The notes beneath the pieces were generated by a model. That model was not told the origin of the DNA, did not search any database, and was given only the letters and a program-made list of their open reading frames with translations. DNA of 64,000 bases. It comes from an uncultured Gammaproteobacteria bacterium. GTDB lineage: Bacteria > Patescibacteriota > Patescibacteriia > Magasanikbacterales > GWA2-37-8. Shown piece by piece: positions 47,980 to 57,902 of this stretch. Positions within the stretch are counted from its first letter, which is position 1, and each line of letters starts with the position of its first letter. Position numbers and translations under genes: made by a program. Location: assembly GCA_964596525.1 (NCBI GenBank), contig CAZQUL010000001.1, positions 76,830-140,829 of the forward strand, read 5' to 3'.

Positions 47980-50592
47980 CTACGTGGACGAAGGACGAAT
48001 ATGGAAAAACCATTTGCCGAGTTCGACCACGGCGCCAAGAGCGATGCCAACGCCAAAAACCGCACCAAGCCATGGTAGAGGTAGTGCAACGGTGCCAAGC
48101 AGTTTCTGCAAAGGCGGCAGGTAAACTGCTGCAAACATAAGCGTGATGCCAATAGCCGCGCCACCGACTAAGTACTGGTTTGAAAACAAAGGATATGAAC
48201 CGATACTTTTTTCGAAGCTACGCACGGGAAACGCGAGGAGGAGACTATAAGCGCCGAAACACATAAAAATAAAGGTATGCACCAGGGTTTGATCAAAACC
48301 ACGCCCCATGAGAAACCAATACAGGGCAAAAAGCGCAGCGCTTGTCGTGCCTGTAACGAACGCCAAAAGACGCACGGTTGGGGGCTCCAAGAGTCCACGA
48401 CTAAGGCGCCGCGGACGATGCGATAAGCCATCGATATCTTGCTCGAAAGCAAAAGCGATGGCCGGAAAACTGTCCGAGAAAAAATTAATCCACAAAATCT
48501 GGAGCGCGGAAAGAGGTAGCGGCAATCCAAAAACAAGCGCGCCGCCGATAAGGACAAGCTCATTAAGAACGCTTGAAAAAAGATAGACGATGACTTTACG
48601 AATGTTGTTCACGATACGGCGACCTTCTTCGACCGCATGCGCGATAGTGGTGTAATTATCATCGAGCAGCACAAGATCTGCAACACTTCTCGCCACCTCG
48701 GTACCCGAACCCATAGCAATACCGACATCAGCCTGCTTGATACTCGGCGCATCGTTGACACCGTCGCCGGTCATAGCTACAGTCTCGCCGAGCTCTTGAA
48801 ACGCGCGGACGATACGCATCTTATCGAGCGGCGCTACCCGAGCAATGAGACGCACGTTTGACAAACGCGTGCGCAGCTCAAGAGGCGAAAGCGCTGCAAG
48901 ATCCCGCGCGTTAACAGCACTCCCCTGCGGCACGTCGAAACCAACCTCGCGAGCGATGGCAAGAGCTGTGCCTTGGTGATCGCCGGTAAGAATGACGGTT
49001 TTGATACCAGAGCGCTCAAGGGCTTGCATGGCCGCGCCAACGCCCGGGCGAACCGGATCGCGAAAACCCAACAGACCATGCCATACAAGATCGGTAACAC
49101 CCTCATCGAGCGGCATATCCGGATCCGTGGCAGAGGGCATTTCTTTGGTAGCGATACCAAGTACGAGTTCGCCCGTGGCAGCCCGTGCTTCGATATCGGC
49201 AAGGGCGGCACGTTTGCGCTCCGGGTCGAGCGCGGTATGCTGCAGCAATACGTCGGGCGCGCCGACAAAGGTGCGGATATACGGGCCATTTTGCACGCGG
49301 CTGAGGGAAACGGAAAATTTATTGGCAGCATTAAACGGAAGAAGGTGTACCGGACGAGCGTCGCGTTTGAGACCGACAACATCAATACCGCGCATCGCTG
49401 CTCCACGCACGAGCGCGGTTTCTACCATGCGGCCGTTGATGCGCCATTCATGGGGCGGATCAAGCGGATTTTCAATAAGAACATCGGCATTGCCGATCGC
49501 GCGGACCACTAGATCGCGCTCTTCTACCGAACCGTAGGGAATAACGGTATGGAGCTGCAAGGCCGCCATGGTAAGCGTGCCGGTTTTGTCGGTAAGAATA
49601 ACGGTGGTACTCCCTAACGCTTCGGCCGCGAGCAGTTTGCGGATAACGCCCTTGCGCCGCGCCATGCGCTGTACACCGATAGCTAAAATAACGGTAAGCG
49701 CGACCGGCAAGCCTTCGGGAATAGCCGAAACCGCGATGGCGACTGCCGTAAGAAACATATCGGAGAGCGGGTATCCCGAAGAAAGACCGACGGCGAACAC
49801 CGCGGCGGTAAGCACGACGAGTATGACACTCGTCTTGAGACTGAAGCGCTTAATCGCCGTTTGAAGCGGCGTGGGCTCGGGAGCCGTATTCGCCACCATG
49901 AGCGCAATCGAACCGAGCTCGGTCATGAAACCGGTACGGGCAACCAAGGCGGTCGCGACGCCTTGGGTGACGAGCGTACCGGCGTGCACCATGCCACTGC
50001 GATCCCCAAGCGCCGCATCGCGCACTGACGGTCCGACGGTTTTGGTAACAGGCAACGATTCGCCGGTCAATACCGATTCATCGATCTGTAGGTCGTTTGC
50101 GAATATAAGGATAGCATCGGCCGGCACCCGATCGCCTTGCGCCAGGCGGATAAGATCACCGGGCACGAGATGCTCGGCGTCGATTTCCTGCTCGTACTCG
50201 TCGCGGATGACGCGGGTGCGCTGCTTAAGATATGTTTTAAGCTCGGCAAGGGCTTGTTCAGCTTTGTTTTCTTGGTAAAACCCCAATGCAGCGTTAATGA
50301 TGACCGAAGCAAAAATAAACAGTGCATCGCGGATATGTGCGGTAAACAGAGTCACAGCGCCTGCCACGACCAAGATAAGGATGAGCGGATTGGTAAATTG
50401 CCGCGCGAAAAGGATAAGTGGTGAAACGCGTGTCGAGCGCTCAAGAATATTGGGACCAAAGAGGCGCAAACGCTCGGCAGCAACTTCAGACGCAAGACCG
50501 CGATGCGGATCGGAGACCAAAAGGCGGGTCGCAGCCGTGAGATCATACGCCCAAAACGGCGTGCGGGCGACGGCAATAGGATCGAGACGCAT
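47980..50592 (-). CDS. P-type cation-transporting ATPase (P2A-like)
   Basis: TGES, IPEGLP, DKTGTLT, TGDH, MTGDGVNDAP. Confidence 0.95.
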   Translation of the reverse strand: MRLDPIAVARTPFWAYDLTAATRLLVSDPHRGLASEVAAERLRLFGPNILERSTRVSPLILFARQFTNPLILILVVAGAVTLFTAHIRDALFIFASVIINAALGFYQENKAEQALAELKTYLKQRTRVIRDEYEQEIDAEHLVPGDLIRLAQGDRVPADAILIFANDLQIDESVLTGESLPVTKTVGPSVRDAALGDRSGMVHAGTLVTQGVATALVARTGFMTELGSIALMVANTAPEPTPLQTAIKRFSLKTSVILVVLTAAVFAVGLSSGYPLSDMFLTAVAIAVSAIPEGLPVALTVILAIGVQRMARRKGVIRKLLAAEALGSTTVILTDKTGTLTMAALQLHTVIPYGSVEERDLVVRAIGNADVLIENPLDPPHEWRINGRMVETALVRGAAMRGIDVVGLKRDARPVHLLPFNAANKFSVSLSRVQNGPYIRTFVGAPDVLLQHTALDPERKRAALADIEARAATGELVLGIATKEMPSATDPDMPLDEGVTDLVWHGLLGFRDPVRPGVGAAMQALERSGIKTVILTGDHQGTALAIAREVGFDVPQGSAVNARDLAALSPLELRTRLSNVRLIARVAPLDKMRIVRAFQELGETVAMTGDGVNDAPSIKQADVGIAMGSGTEVARSVADLVLLDDNYTTIAHAVEEGRRIVNNIRKVIVYLFSSVLNELVLIGGALVFGLPLPLSALQILWINFFSDSFPAIAFAFEQDIDGLSHRPRRLSRGLLEPPTVRLLAFVTGTTSAALFALYWFLMGRGFDQTLVHTFIFMCFGAYSLLLAFPVRSFEKSIGSYPLFSNQYLVGGAAIGITLMFAAVYLPPLQKLLGTVALPLPWLGAVFGVGIALGAVVELGKWFFHIRPSST

Positions 50593-50604
50593 AAAGTCGG
50601 AAGT

Positions 50605-51162
50605 TTATACCATCCGCGCGACGTACCCGATGCCGATAATACCAATGAAATTGAAGACAAACGACAGCGGCACGAACCAGGACGGTTGTAATTTGGAAAA
50701 TCCTAAAAGCGCAACTCCAAGTTCGTCAGGCAGAGGCGAGGCAATGATAAGCCCGCCAATAAAAAACGTGAGATAACGGAACATGCGGTGCTTAAAAAGA
50801 GCGCGCCTTCGTTTTTTGTTAGTGCGATGACTTACAAGAAGAGAGATGTGGTCGGATAATCGATCGCGGACGAAGCGGAAGATGAGCATGTCGCCGACCA
50901 CGGCTCCAGCCGCACCCAATAGCGCGGTTGTAACCGGAGAGTTCACAGTCGCAATTTCACCGAGCGCAGCAATGGCCGGAGCAGTAGTGAAGACCGTGGT
51001 AAAGAACATGCCTGCGATAAAACTGCCCAGATACCCAAGACCCTGCGCGGATGCCAAAAGGCGATCCAGCGTATTGCTGTACACCAAAAGCACAGCGACG
51101 ATAATACTGAGCACAATGAGCGCCCCATCACGCACCAGGGAATCGACTGCTTTTTTATTCAT
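50605..51162 (-). CDS. membrane protein (VTT/SNARE-associated-like)
   Basis: multi-TM; GAVVGDMLIFRF, SPLPDELG. Confidence 0.7.
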   Translation of the reverse strand: MNKKAVDSLVRDGALIVLSIIVAVLLVYSNTLDRLLASAQGLGYLGSFIAGMFFTTVFTTAPAIAALGEIATVNSPVTTALLGAAGAVVGDMLIFRFVRDRLSDHISLLVSHRTNKKRRRALFKHRMFRYLTFFIGGLIIASPLPDELGVALLGFSKLQPSWFVPLSFVFNFIGIIGIGYVARMV

Positions 51163-51288
51163 AGGAAGAGAGCGATACAGAACGTTTATCTATAACTATA
51201 CACAAGAAGGAGCGATTCGGATACAGACCACAACGGCATGACTGTGGAAAGGCTGAGGGCTTTTGCTTTCCAGCACAGACATGCAACC

Positions 51289-51419
51289 GTCATTGCGAGC
51301 GATAGCGAAGCAATCCCTTAGCAACTCGGAATTTGCTCTGTTATCAAGGGGATTGCCCGCCCGGCACGCCTTCTGCTGCCATGGCGGACGGGCTTCGTTG
51401 CTACGCACCTCGCAATGAC
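51289..51419. repeat. palindromic RPE/MITE-like repeat, copy C, with nested insert at 51357-51393
   Basis: GTCATTGCGAGCG..GAAGCAATCCC..GATTGC..CTCGCAATGAC. Confidence 0.85.
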
Positions 51420-51424
51420 AAAAC

Positions 51425-52129
51425 TTACACAGGAACTTCTATCGCCAACACATCACTTAACTCACGTGCACGCAACACCCATTCACCGCCTCCCGACACA
51501 CCCAGGCCATCACGCCGATGTAGTTCTTGATTATCGAACTCAACACCACCTTCGATAAGGAAAAAATATACACCATGGCGCGCATCACGGAGCGTATAGG
51601 CAAGATCCGCACCCGACGCGATGCGAGCACGGCTTATATACGCCTCTTGATGGATCCAGAGTTTACCCGCTACCGGGCCAGGCACAACAAGTTCTTGCCA
51701 GGCATTTGAAACGTCGGAAGAAAATGTTTTCTGATCGTAGCGCGGTGCAACGCCTGCACGGGCGGTTTCTATCCAAAGTTGCAGAAGCTCAACCGGCTCT
51801 CGCGCATCGGAATTTTCTTCGCTATGGCGCACGCCGGTGCCCGCGCTCATCACCTGCACATCACCGGCGGTAAGGAGCCCGGTGTTGCCCATACTATCTT
51901 TATGCTGGAGCGCTCCCTGGAGCATGACGGTCACGATTTCCATGTTTTCATGCCGATGCATCCCGAAACCGCTTTCGGGTGCGATCGTATCGTCGTTTAA
52001 GACGCGTAATACCCCGAAGTTCATACGTTCGGGGTTGAAGTAATCGGCGAAGCTGAAGGTGTGATACGTGGAGAGCCAGCCATGATCGGCATGGCCGCGC
52101 GTTTTTGCACGATGAATAAGGATAGGCAT
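51425..52129 (-). CDS. pirin family protein
   Basis: HGWL..HTFSFA, H.H..MEI, MSAGTG..HSE. Confidence 0.95.
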   Translation of the reverse strand: MPILIHRAKTRGHADHGWLSTYHTFSFADYFNPERMNFGVLRVLNDDTIAPESGFGMHRHENMEIVTVMLQGALQHKDSMGNTGLLTAGDVQVMSAGTGVRHSEENSDAREPVELLQLWIETARAGVAPRYDQKTFSSDVSNAWQELVVPGPVAGKLWIHQEAYISRARIASGADLAYTLRDARHGVYFFLIEGGVEFDNQELHRRDGLGVSGGGEWVLRARELSDVLAIEVPV

Positions 52130-52155
52130 GCGAATTGTTCGATTAAACGTTAAGG

Positions 52156-52575
52156 TCACGCGGGGATCGAATTAAAAAATCGTTCGAATATCTCTTTCAG
52201 ATCTTCAAGCGCACGGTACTGCTCGACCACCAAGTTCTTGTTCCCGGCAACCATGGCCGAGAGGCGCTTTCCTTCTTGCTCCCGGTAGAGGCAGAGCACC
52301 GGTTTTACTCCTTCGGCCCGACCGAGTTCGTAGCCTACGCCGAGACTCGGTTGCGTCACTTCAGCCACGACGACGTCCGCGCTCATAAGCCATTCCATGT
52401 CACGTGCATAAATTGATTGGTCGGATGGTCCGTCTTCACCGCGGATAGATAACGCCTTGTCGCCAATGTGTTCGGTAAAGACGGTACCGTACGTTTTGAG
52501 AAGTTCGATGATAGACAGGTAGAGCCCCTGGTCAGAGCGGCCGCCGCGAATGGAACCGGCGAAGTAGATCTGCAT
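52156..52575 (-). CDS. nucleoside 2-deoxyribosyltransferase/Rcl-like protein
   Basis: IYFAGSIRGGR, RDMEWL, PSLGVGYELG. Confidence 0.9.
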   Translation of the reverse strand: MQIYFAGSIRGGRSDQGLYLSIIELLKTYGTVFTEHIGDKALSIRGEDGPSDQSIYARDMEWLMSADVVVAEVTQPSLGVGYELGRAEGVKPVLCLYREQEGKRLSAMVAGNKNLVVEQYRALEDLKEIFERFFNSIPA

Positions 52576-52576
52576 A

Positions 52577-53164
52577 TTATAAAGCCGTAAATAAAGCCTT
52601 AGCCCGCTCGTAATCGGTGCGGGTTTCTTCGCGAATGTCATCAAAAAGAATTTTGTCGTTAAAATCACGTTCGATTTTGGGTAAACCCCATTTTTTGATT
52701 TCCTCGACGGTTTTTTCCTTCTTCATCATGTGGATACCGAATGAGTAAAAATCAGTTTTAAGATGGCCGAGTGCATCGCCGGTAGCCATCGCCTTACCCT
52801 CGAGAGTTGCGGGGATGTTACCTGAGGAACAAGCGTGGAATTGTATGGCATCATCCACAATGACAGCGATTTCATCCGGACCGTAACCAGTTTGAAGAAG
52901 CAATTCACGGGCAATTCGATCACTTTCTTCTTTATGCTTCGAATCAAAACGGCTCATCACCGCATCGGCTATGTCGTGCAGCATGCCGGCCGCCATAGCA
53001 AGCTCTTTATTGGCACCAATACGCTCGGCTATCATACCGGCAAAGTCCGCGACGACAAATACATGGTGATCATGCAGCCAATCAGCCCAGGCAGCGCGCT
53101 TCTCACGACGGGCCAGATACAAACCACTAACCGCCTGCCTAAGGTTTTCCAAACGAGAAGACAT
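52577..53164 (-). CDS. HD-domain protein
   Basis: H..V...LHDIAD. Confidence 0.85.
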   Translation of the reverse strand: MSSRLENLRQAVSGLYLARREKRAAWADWLHDHHVFVVADFAGMIAERIGANKELAMAAGMLHDIADAVMSRFDSKHKEESDRIARELLLQTGYGPDEIAVIVDDAIQFHACSSGNIPATLEGKAMATGDALGHLKTDFYSFGIHMMKKEKTVEEIKKWGLPKIERDFNDKILFDDIREETRTDYERAKALFTAL

Positions 53165-53179
53165 AGTATACAACAGCCT

Positions 53180-53881
53180 CTATTTCTCAATAAACACCTC
53201 GGTCTGCTTTACTGCGCCGATTTTGTCGAGCTGCGACTGGATGCGATCGACCACCCAGGCGCCGTTCTCACGGATGAGGGTCCAAAGCTGATAAAACTCG
53301 CCGGCTTTTTGGATGTTGCCGCGGATGACCGCTTTGGTGGTTTCATCGATAGTGTAATCGACCATCGTACCTTCGATGTAGACTTTCACGGAATCTTTGG
53401 CGTTGTCGCGGTAATCAGCGAGGCCGAGGATGGTGACATGGTCGACGGTAATATTTTTCATGATGTTTTTTTCTTTATCTTTCTTCATGCGGTCGGTTTC
53501 GCTTTTGTGTTTAGCGAAGAGCGCTGCGCTCATGCAGTCTTTAGCCAAGGTCTGATTGCGTTCCATCCAGGCTTCCTGCACCTTAAAAAACATTTTCTCT
53601 ACATCACGCTTGAGCGCGTCAGCGTTCCAGGTAGAATCGGTCTGCTCGCTCCGGCGCAGACCACGCTCAGCCTGAAAACGGCGGAGTGAAAACCGGATGG
53701 CGACGTAAACGGCCCAGACGAGCAAAAACGGCGCGAGGATAATAACGATGATGACACCGAGAATACCCAAGCCATAATCGAGGTCACCGCCGCCCGCGAT
53801 GGCAAACGTCGGTTCGGCAAAAGCCAAAAGTGCCACGGCGATCAAAGCAGCGCCAGCCGGAAGGCGTGAGATGGTTTTCAT
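53180..53881 (-). CDS. Tim44-like domain membrane protein
   Basis: signal plus TM; FFKVQEAW, MVDY, WTL..WVV. Confidence 0.75.
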   Translation of the reverse strand: MKTISRLPAGAALIAVALLAFAEPTFAIAGGGDLDYGLGILGVIIVIILAPFLLVWAVYVAIRFSLRRFQAERGLRRSEQTDSTWNADALKRDVEKMFFKVQEAWMERNQTLAKDCMSAALFAKHKSETDRMKKDKEKNIMKNITVDHVTILGLADYRDNAKDSVKVYIEGTMVDYTIDETTKAVIRGNIQKAGEFYQLWTLIRENGAWVVDRIQSQLDKIGAVKQTEVFIEK

Positions 53882-53986
53882 AGAAAAAGATAAGAACGAT
53901 AGCTTTATAATACACCAAAATACTAATTTTGATGATGCACCCAGCGTGCTTGATTTTAAAAAATCCCCTGCGTAAAGCAGAAGGAT

Positions 53987-54616
53987 TCAGGCGACAGGCG
54001 CCACGTTTACGGAAACGACATGCGTAAAGCAGACCGAGAAATAATAAGGTCCGTACCCGTAGTCGAAAAAGTTCTTGTGGCCGATGATGATAGTGCCTTT
54101 GCGACACTTAAGAACGAGGGGGTGGCCGGCCACGCACGTAGTGCTCAGGCATACCGTCCACAGACCCAAAGGATCGGAAATGCCAGCGGCGAGCATCGCG
54201 CGCACCAGCGCTTCAACATCATCACGGCCTGCGATGTCGAGCGCGGTATCGGGAAGAAAATTGCCGATCCGCCGCATTTCTTCAAGCTGTTCCGGGCGCG
54301 GTTTTTCATCGGTATGAATGAGCCGCATATGGGTCGCCTTGGAAATAAGGCGCAGCGTTGACCCAACCCGCCCGAGCACATGGCGCGGCTCGTCAGGTTT
54401 GGATTCATGGCGTGCCAACCGGCGACACCCCTCCACCAGATTGCGCGCTCGATCCGGTATCATGCCAGCTGTCCCAACCAACCATTCGAGCGTCTGCTCG
54501 TCTGATAAAAAAGTAAAAACAGGAGGCGGAGTAGGTACCAGCTCAACACTTTCAGGATGTTCCACGGCACTCTTCCTTTCGGCGAATGAACTAAAAGGCC
54601 GCGGCAAGCGTACCAC
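53987..54616 (-). CDS. hypothetical protein, start uncertain
   Basis: 209-aa ORF filling the gap between core genes. Confidence 0.55.
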   Translation of the reverse strand: MVRLPRPFSSFAERKSAVEHPESVELVPTPPPVFTFLSDEQTLEWLVGTAGMIPDRARNLVEGCRRLARHESKPDEPRHVLGRVGSTLRLISKATHMRLIHTDEKPRPEQLEEMRRIGNFLPDTALDIAGRDDVEALVRAMLAAGISDPLGLWTVCLSTTCVAGHPLVLKCRKGTIIIGHKNFFDYGYGPYYFSVCFTHVVSVNVAPVA

Positions 54617-54675
54617 GGCCCTGAGCAGCGATCAAGATTTTTTTCAAGATATTCTTGGCTACCACTAATCCAACT

Positions 54676-55155
54676 CTATGTATTGTTTTTAATATTCTTA
54701 AGGACCGCTACCATTTCAACCGCGCTCAAACCCGCCTCCCAACCTTTTTTCTTGCCGCCGAGCGCACGGGCTTCGGCCTGCGCTTTGTCTTCGGTGGTTA
54801 AAACGCCAAAAATGACCGGCAAACGATGGTCAATCGCGATACGCGTAAGACCGTTCGCCACGGCATCGGCGATGTAGTGATCATGGCGCGTTTCGCCTTT
54901 GATGATGACACCCAAGCAGATGATGGCGTCGTAGTTTTTCTCGGCTGCGAGCGCGGCGGCAAGAACCGGCAACTCGAACGAACCTGGTACGCGCAGACTA
55001 GTGATGTCGCCAGCTGCGACACCGACGGAACGGAGCGCCTCAATGCAATCGTCGAGAAGTGCGTCGGTAAGCTCGGCGTTGAAGCGGGCCGCGACCACGG
55101 CGCAACGCACGCCGATACCGGCGTTGGCAGGCAAGATGAATGAATTGGATTTCAT
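54676..55155 (-). CDS. ribH: 6,7-dimethyl-8-ribityllumazine synthase
   Basis: ARFN, VPGSFELP, LGVIIKGET.H, FGVLT. Confidence 0.95.
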   Translation of the reverse strand: MKSNSFILPANAGIGVRCAVVAARFNAELTDALLDDCIEALRSVGVAAGDITSLRVPGSFELPVLAAALAAEKNYDAIICLGVIIKGETRHDHYIADAVANGLTRIAIDHRLPVIFGVLTTEDKAQAEARALGGKKKGWEAGLSAVEMVAVLKNIKNNT

Positions 55156-55295
55156 AGATAGTAAAGATTATCGATCGGTCTAGTCTAAACACAGCAGCCT
55201 TATCGGTCAAGAATCTGCTCTCAAAAACAGTTTGGAACTGTGCTATACGAAGAAATATCCGTTCTGATTTTTAAAAAAATAGTTCGTAAAAAAAC

Positions 55296-55324
55296 TTGAC
55301 AAAAGCGCTAAAATATGCTATAAT
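55296..55324 (+). promoter_or_regulatory. perfect consensus sigma70 promoter
   Basis: TTGACA-17-TATAAT. Confidence 0.85.
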
Positions 55325-55379
55325 ATATCCGAGTCGCTAAACAGAATCCATCAGTTTTATAGCCAAAAAGGAGCCCTTC

Positions 55380-55556
55380 ATGAGGATCTTGCGCACCATC
55401 TTCGTTCTCACCTGCATACTCGCCGCGATCGGTTGCCGCACCCAGCCTAAGCGCGGCCCTACGGGCGGTGCAGAACTCATCGATGCAGCTAAGGGTCCTC
55501 CGCCCGCCAGACCGCCCGCCTACGTTGAGACGTTCAAGGTGGAAGAGCTCGACTAA
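55380..55556 (+). CDS. 58-aa lipoprotein, absent from the ORF track
   Basis: AAGGAG SD; MRILRTIFVLTCILAAIG-CRTQPK..; terminator at about 55575-55600. Confidence 0.75.
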   Translation: MRILRTIFVLTCILAAIGCRTQPKRGPTGGAELIDAAKGPPPARPPAYVETFKVEELD

Positions 55557-55620
55557 GCTCCTGGACCGCCTAATACCCCGAACCATCGGGGGTTGTTTTT
55601 TATTAAAAGGATGCGAGGGC

Positions 55621-56223
55621 TTACATAGTAATTTTCATTTTCTTCACGGTGTCCACTACAGCACGCGTCATCGCATCGATTTCGAGATTCGCTTTACCCC
55701 CCACTCGTTTGGCGCCAAATGTGGTGATGCGGAGCGTTTCGGGAATAAGGTGCACGGTAAACCAGTCGTTACCCACGTCAACGATGGTGAGGCTGCACCC
55801 GTCGAGCGCGATAAAACCCTTGGGCAGAATATAAGGCATCCATTCGGCGGAACACGAGAATGTAACGATCCAATTATTGGTCGGTGTTTCGATGTTTTTA
55901 ATTGTTACTGCACCAGTCACATGGCCCGAGACGTGGTGACCGCCGATTTCATCACCGACTTTAAGCGAACGTTCGATATTGACCCGATCACCGACGTTAA
56001 GATCGCCGAGCGTTGTTTTGGTCAGCGTTTCGGCCATCATGTCAAAAGAAGCAATCGAGCCTGAGACGTTCGTGACCGTAAGGCAGACGCCAGCCACCGC
56101 GACGCTCGCGCCGATTGTAAGATCATGCGAAAGGGTACCAAGATCGATCCCTATAGTAACGAGGCCGGGCTTGCGCGCGATGTTTATAATAGGTGAGGTT
56201 TGTTGGACAATACCGGAGAACAT
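55621..56223 (-). CDS. ribE: riboflavin synthase
   Basis: MFSGIV, GVCLTV, VNIER, GGH.VSGHV, DGCSLT. Confidence 0.95.
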   Translation of the reverse strand: MFSGIVQQTSPIINIARKPGLVTIGIDLGTLSHDLTIGASVAVAGVCLTVTNVSGSIASFDMMAETLTKTTLGDLNVGDRVNIERSLKVGDEIGGHHVSGHVTGAVTIKNIETPTNNWIVTFSCSAEWMPYILPKGFIALDGCSLTIVDVGNDWFTVHLIPETLRITTFGAKRVGGKANLEIDAMTRAVVDTVKKMKITM

Positions 56224-56296
56224 ATATATTCTGCTAATATATTGGCAAACGGAAAAAATTCTCAAGATGCCGTAAAAAACCGAAAGGAGAACACCG

Positions 56297-56746
56297 ATGG
56301 CGGCTCGAGAGATCACCATACAACGCCATGAGCTGGCTTTCAACTTCGATCCGGAAAAGCTCCTGGCACGCCAACTCGGCGTTACGAATGACCCGGAACT
56401 CGACCGCGTGAGATACCACGAACAGATGGCCACAGCTGTCAAAGATGGCCTGGTCGTGAGCGTGGACTCGGTCGATGTGCGCGTGTTCGGCACTGAATTC
56501 TTCCGGCTAACGCGCTTCTGCTACGGGGCAAGCAGCAAGCTCCGTATTCGTATCGTCGGTGATGACGCCCGTTTGGCAGCCGAACATCTTGCCGAGCAGT
56601 TCCTACGTCAGCAAGGCATGAAGAATGCCGAACGGCTAGTAGCTACGTTCGAGAAACAAGGATTCCTCGAACTTCCACCGGGACAGAGCTTGCACCCGAA
56701 CGAACTTGCGCCTGCCCTGACCGCTCCTCGAGGAGAAAAACTGTAA
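56297..56746 (+). CDS. hypothetical protein
   Basis: AAAGGAG SD; terminator at about 56748-56796. Confidence 0.7.
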   Translation: MAAREITIQRHELAFNFDPEKLLARQLGVTNDPELDRVRYHEQMATAVKDGLVVSVDSVDVRVFGTEFFRLTRFCYGASSKLRIRIVGDDARLAAEHLAEQFLRQQGMKNAERLVATFEKQGFLELPPGQSLHPNELAPALTAPRGEKL

Positions 56747-56968
56747 CGCGCATCTGCGGCGGAGTGCTTGCACTCGTGCAGCCGGTGCGCTTTTTTACAC
56801 CGACATCCTTTGTCTTTTCCGAAACTCTCAAAATCTTTTCAACAGGTACCTCAAAATACCCGGACGGGCATGGTATGGTTCCAAGAGGTCTCCAAAGAAA
56901 CGGATGCGGTGTTGCACTGCACCATCCACCATACCGAACCGAAGTTGTTTTCAAGCGAGGAGGGTTCC

Positions 56969-57280
56969 ATGAAACGCCCGAATCGACCCGCACGTTCTCG
57001 CACTGGAATTACAGGCTTCCTTATTGCTCTCTCCCTAACCGCAGTTATGTTCTGGGGGTGGTATGCCTGCAACCAAGAGAAGAGCAAATTCCGTGACTGC
57101 CAAGCTCCGCTTGAGAGTAGAAATCGCTTTGCCGACCCGATTACCGGCACGTGTGGAGTGAGACAGGGGCGCAAACTCTTTCCCGGTACACGCGAGGCTT
57201 GTGCCAATATCCTACAAGAATTGTACTTCCGACCAATCCGTCATTGTTGGGATGGCAAGCTGCCGGATCTTGGAAAGTAA
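56969..57280 (+). CDS. small Cys-rich exported or membrane-anchored protein
   Basis: GAGGAGG SD; basic N-terminus, hydrophobic segment, five Cys. Confidence 0.65.
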   Translation: MKRPNRPARSRTGITGFLIALSLTAVMFWGWYACNQEKSKFRDCQAPLESRNRFADPITGTCGVRQGRKLFPGTREACANILQELYFRPIRHCWDGKLPDLGK

Positions 57281-57362
57281 CGAAGTGCCGCTTCAAAAAA
57301 ACTTGAACTATCACAGCGCTCCCGTGACCGAGCCGCCAGCTCCCATCATCGGGCGCGCTTTT

Positions 57363-57746
57363 TTAAATCTGATTTTTCTTTTCAAGCTCAGCAAATTCTT
57401 GTCTAGCACACACTATGTCTTCTTTAATGCGGGCCATTAAATTTTCGATCGTCGTAAACTGTTCGAGATCACGCAGCTTGGTAAGCAACGCAACATTCAT
57501 ACTGCTACCGTACACATCGCGATCGAAATCTAGGATATGCACCTCGACGCTCGGGAGGCCATTCGGCAGCTTCCACATATCGATGACGGCAAGACCTTTA
57601 AACCACTCTCCATCGTACTCGACAAAGCATATCCAGATGCCAGACTCGGGTGAAACGGAGGACTCGTAGGCGATGTTTGCAGTCGGGTAGCCGATCTGCC
57701 GTGCTTCGCCTTTGCCACGCACGACAACTCCTTGAAGGTAAGCCAT
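57363..57746 (-). CDS. stand-alone riboflavin kinase (RibF C-terminal domain)
   Basis: GVVVRG..RQIGYPTAN, EVHILDF..YG, LR..F. Confidence 0.9.
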   Translation of the reverse strand: MAYLQGVVVRGKGEARQIGYPTANIAYESSVSPESGIWICFVEYDGEWFKGLAVIDMWKLPNGLPSVEVHILDFDRDVYGSSMNVALLTKLRDLEQFTTIENLMARIKEDIVCARQEFAELEKKNQI

Positions 57747-57902
57747 AAGAAATGACGTAAAAACTAGCCATGGTCAATAATAACAGGCACGAACTTAATC
57801 GTATACACCTACCACTAAACAAGTGCAGAATACTTGACGAAAAGCTCTTTTTAAGGTAGTATATCGAGTTCCGTAAAAACCCGACCATTGAAAGGAGAAC
57901 GC

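Noticed and set aside
55621-56493. 290-aa extended riboflavin synthase
   Set aside because: The family begins MF(T/S)GIV, which fixes the start at 56223.
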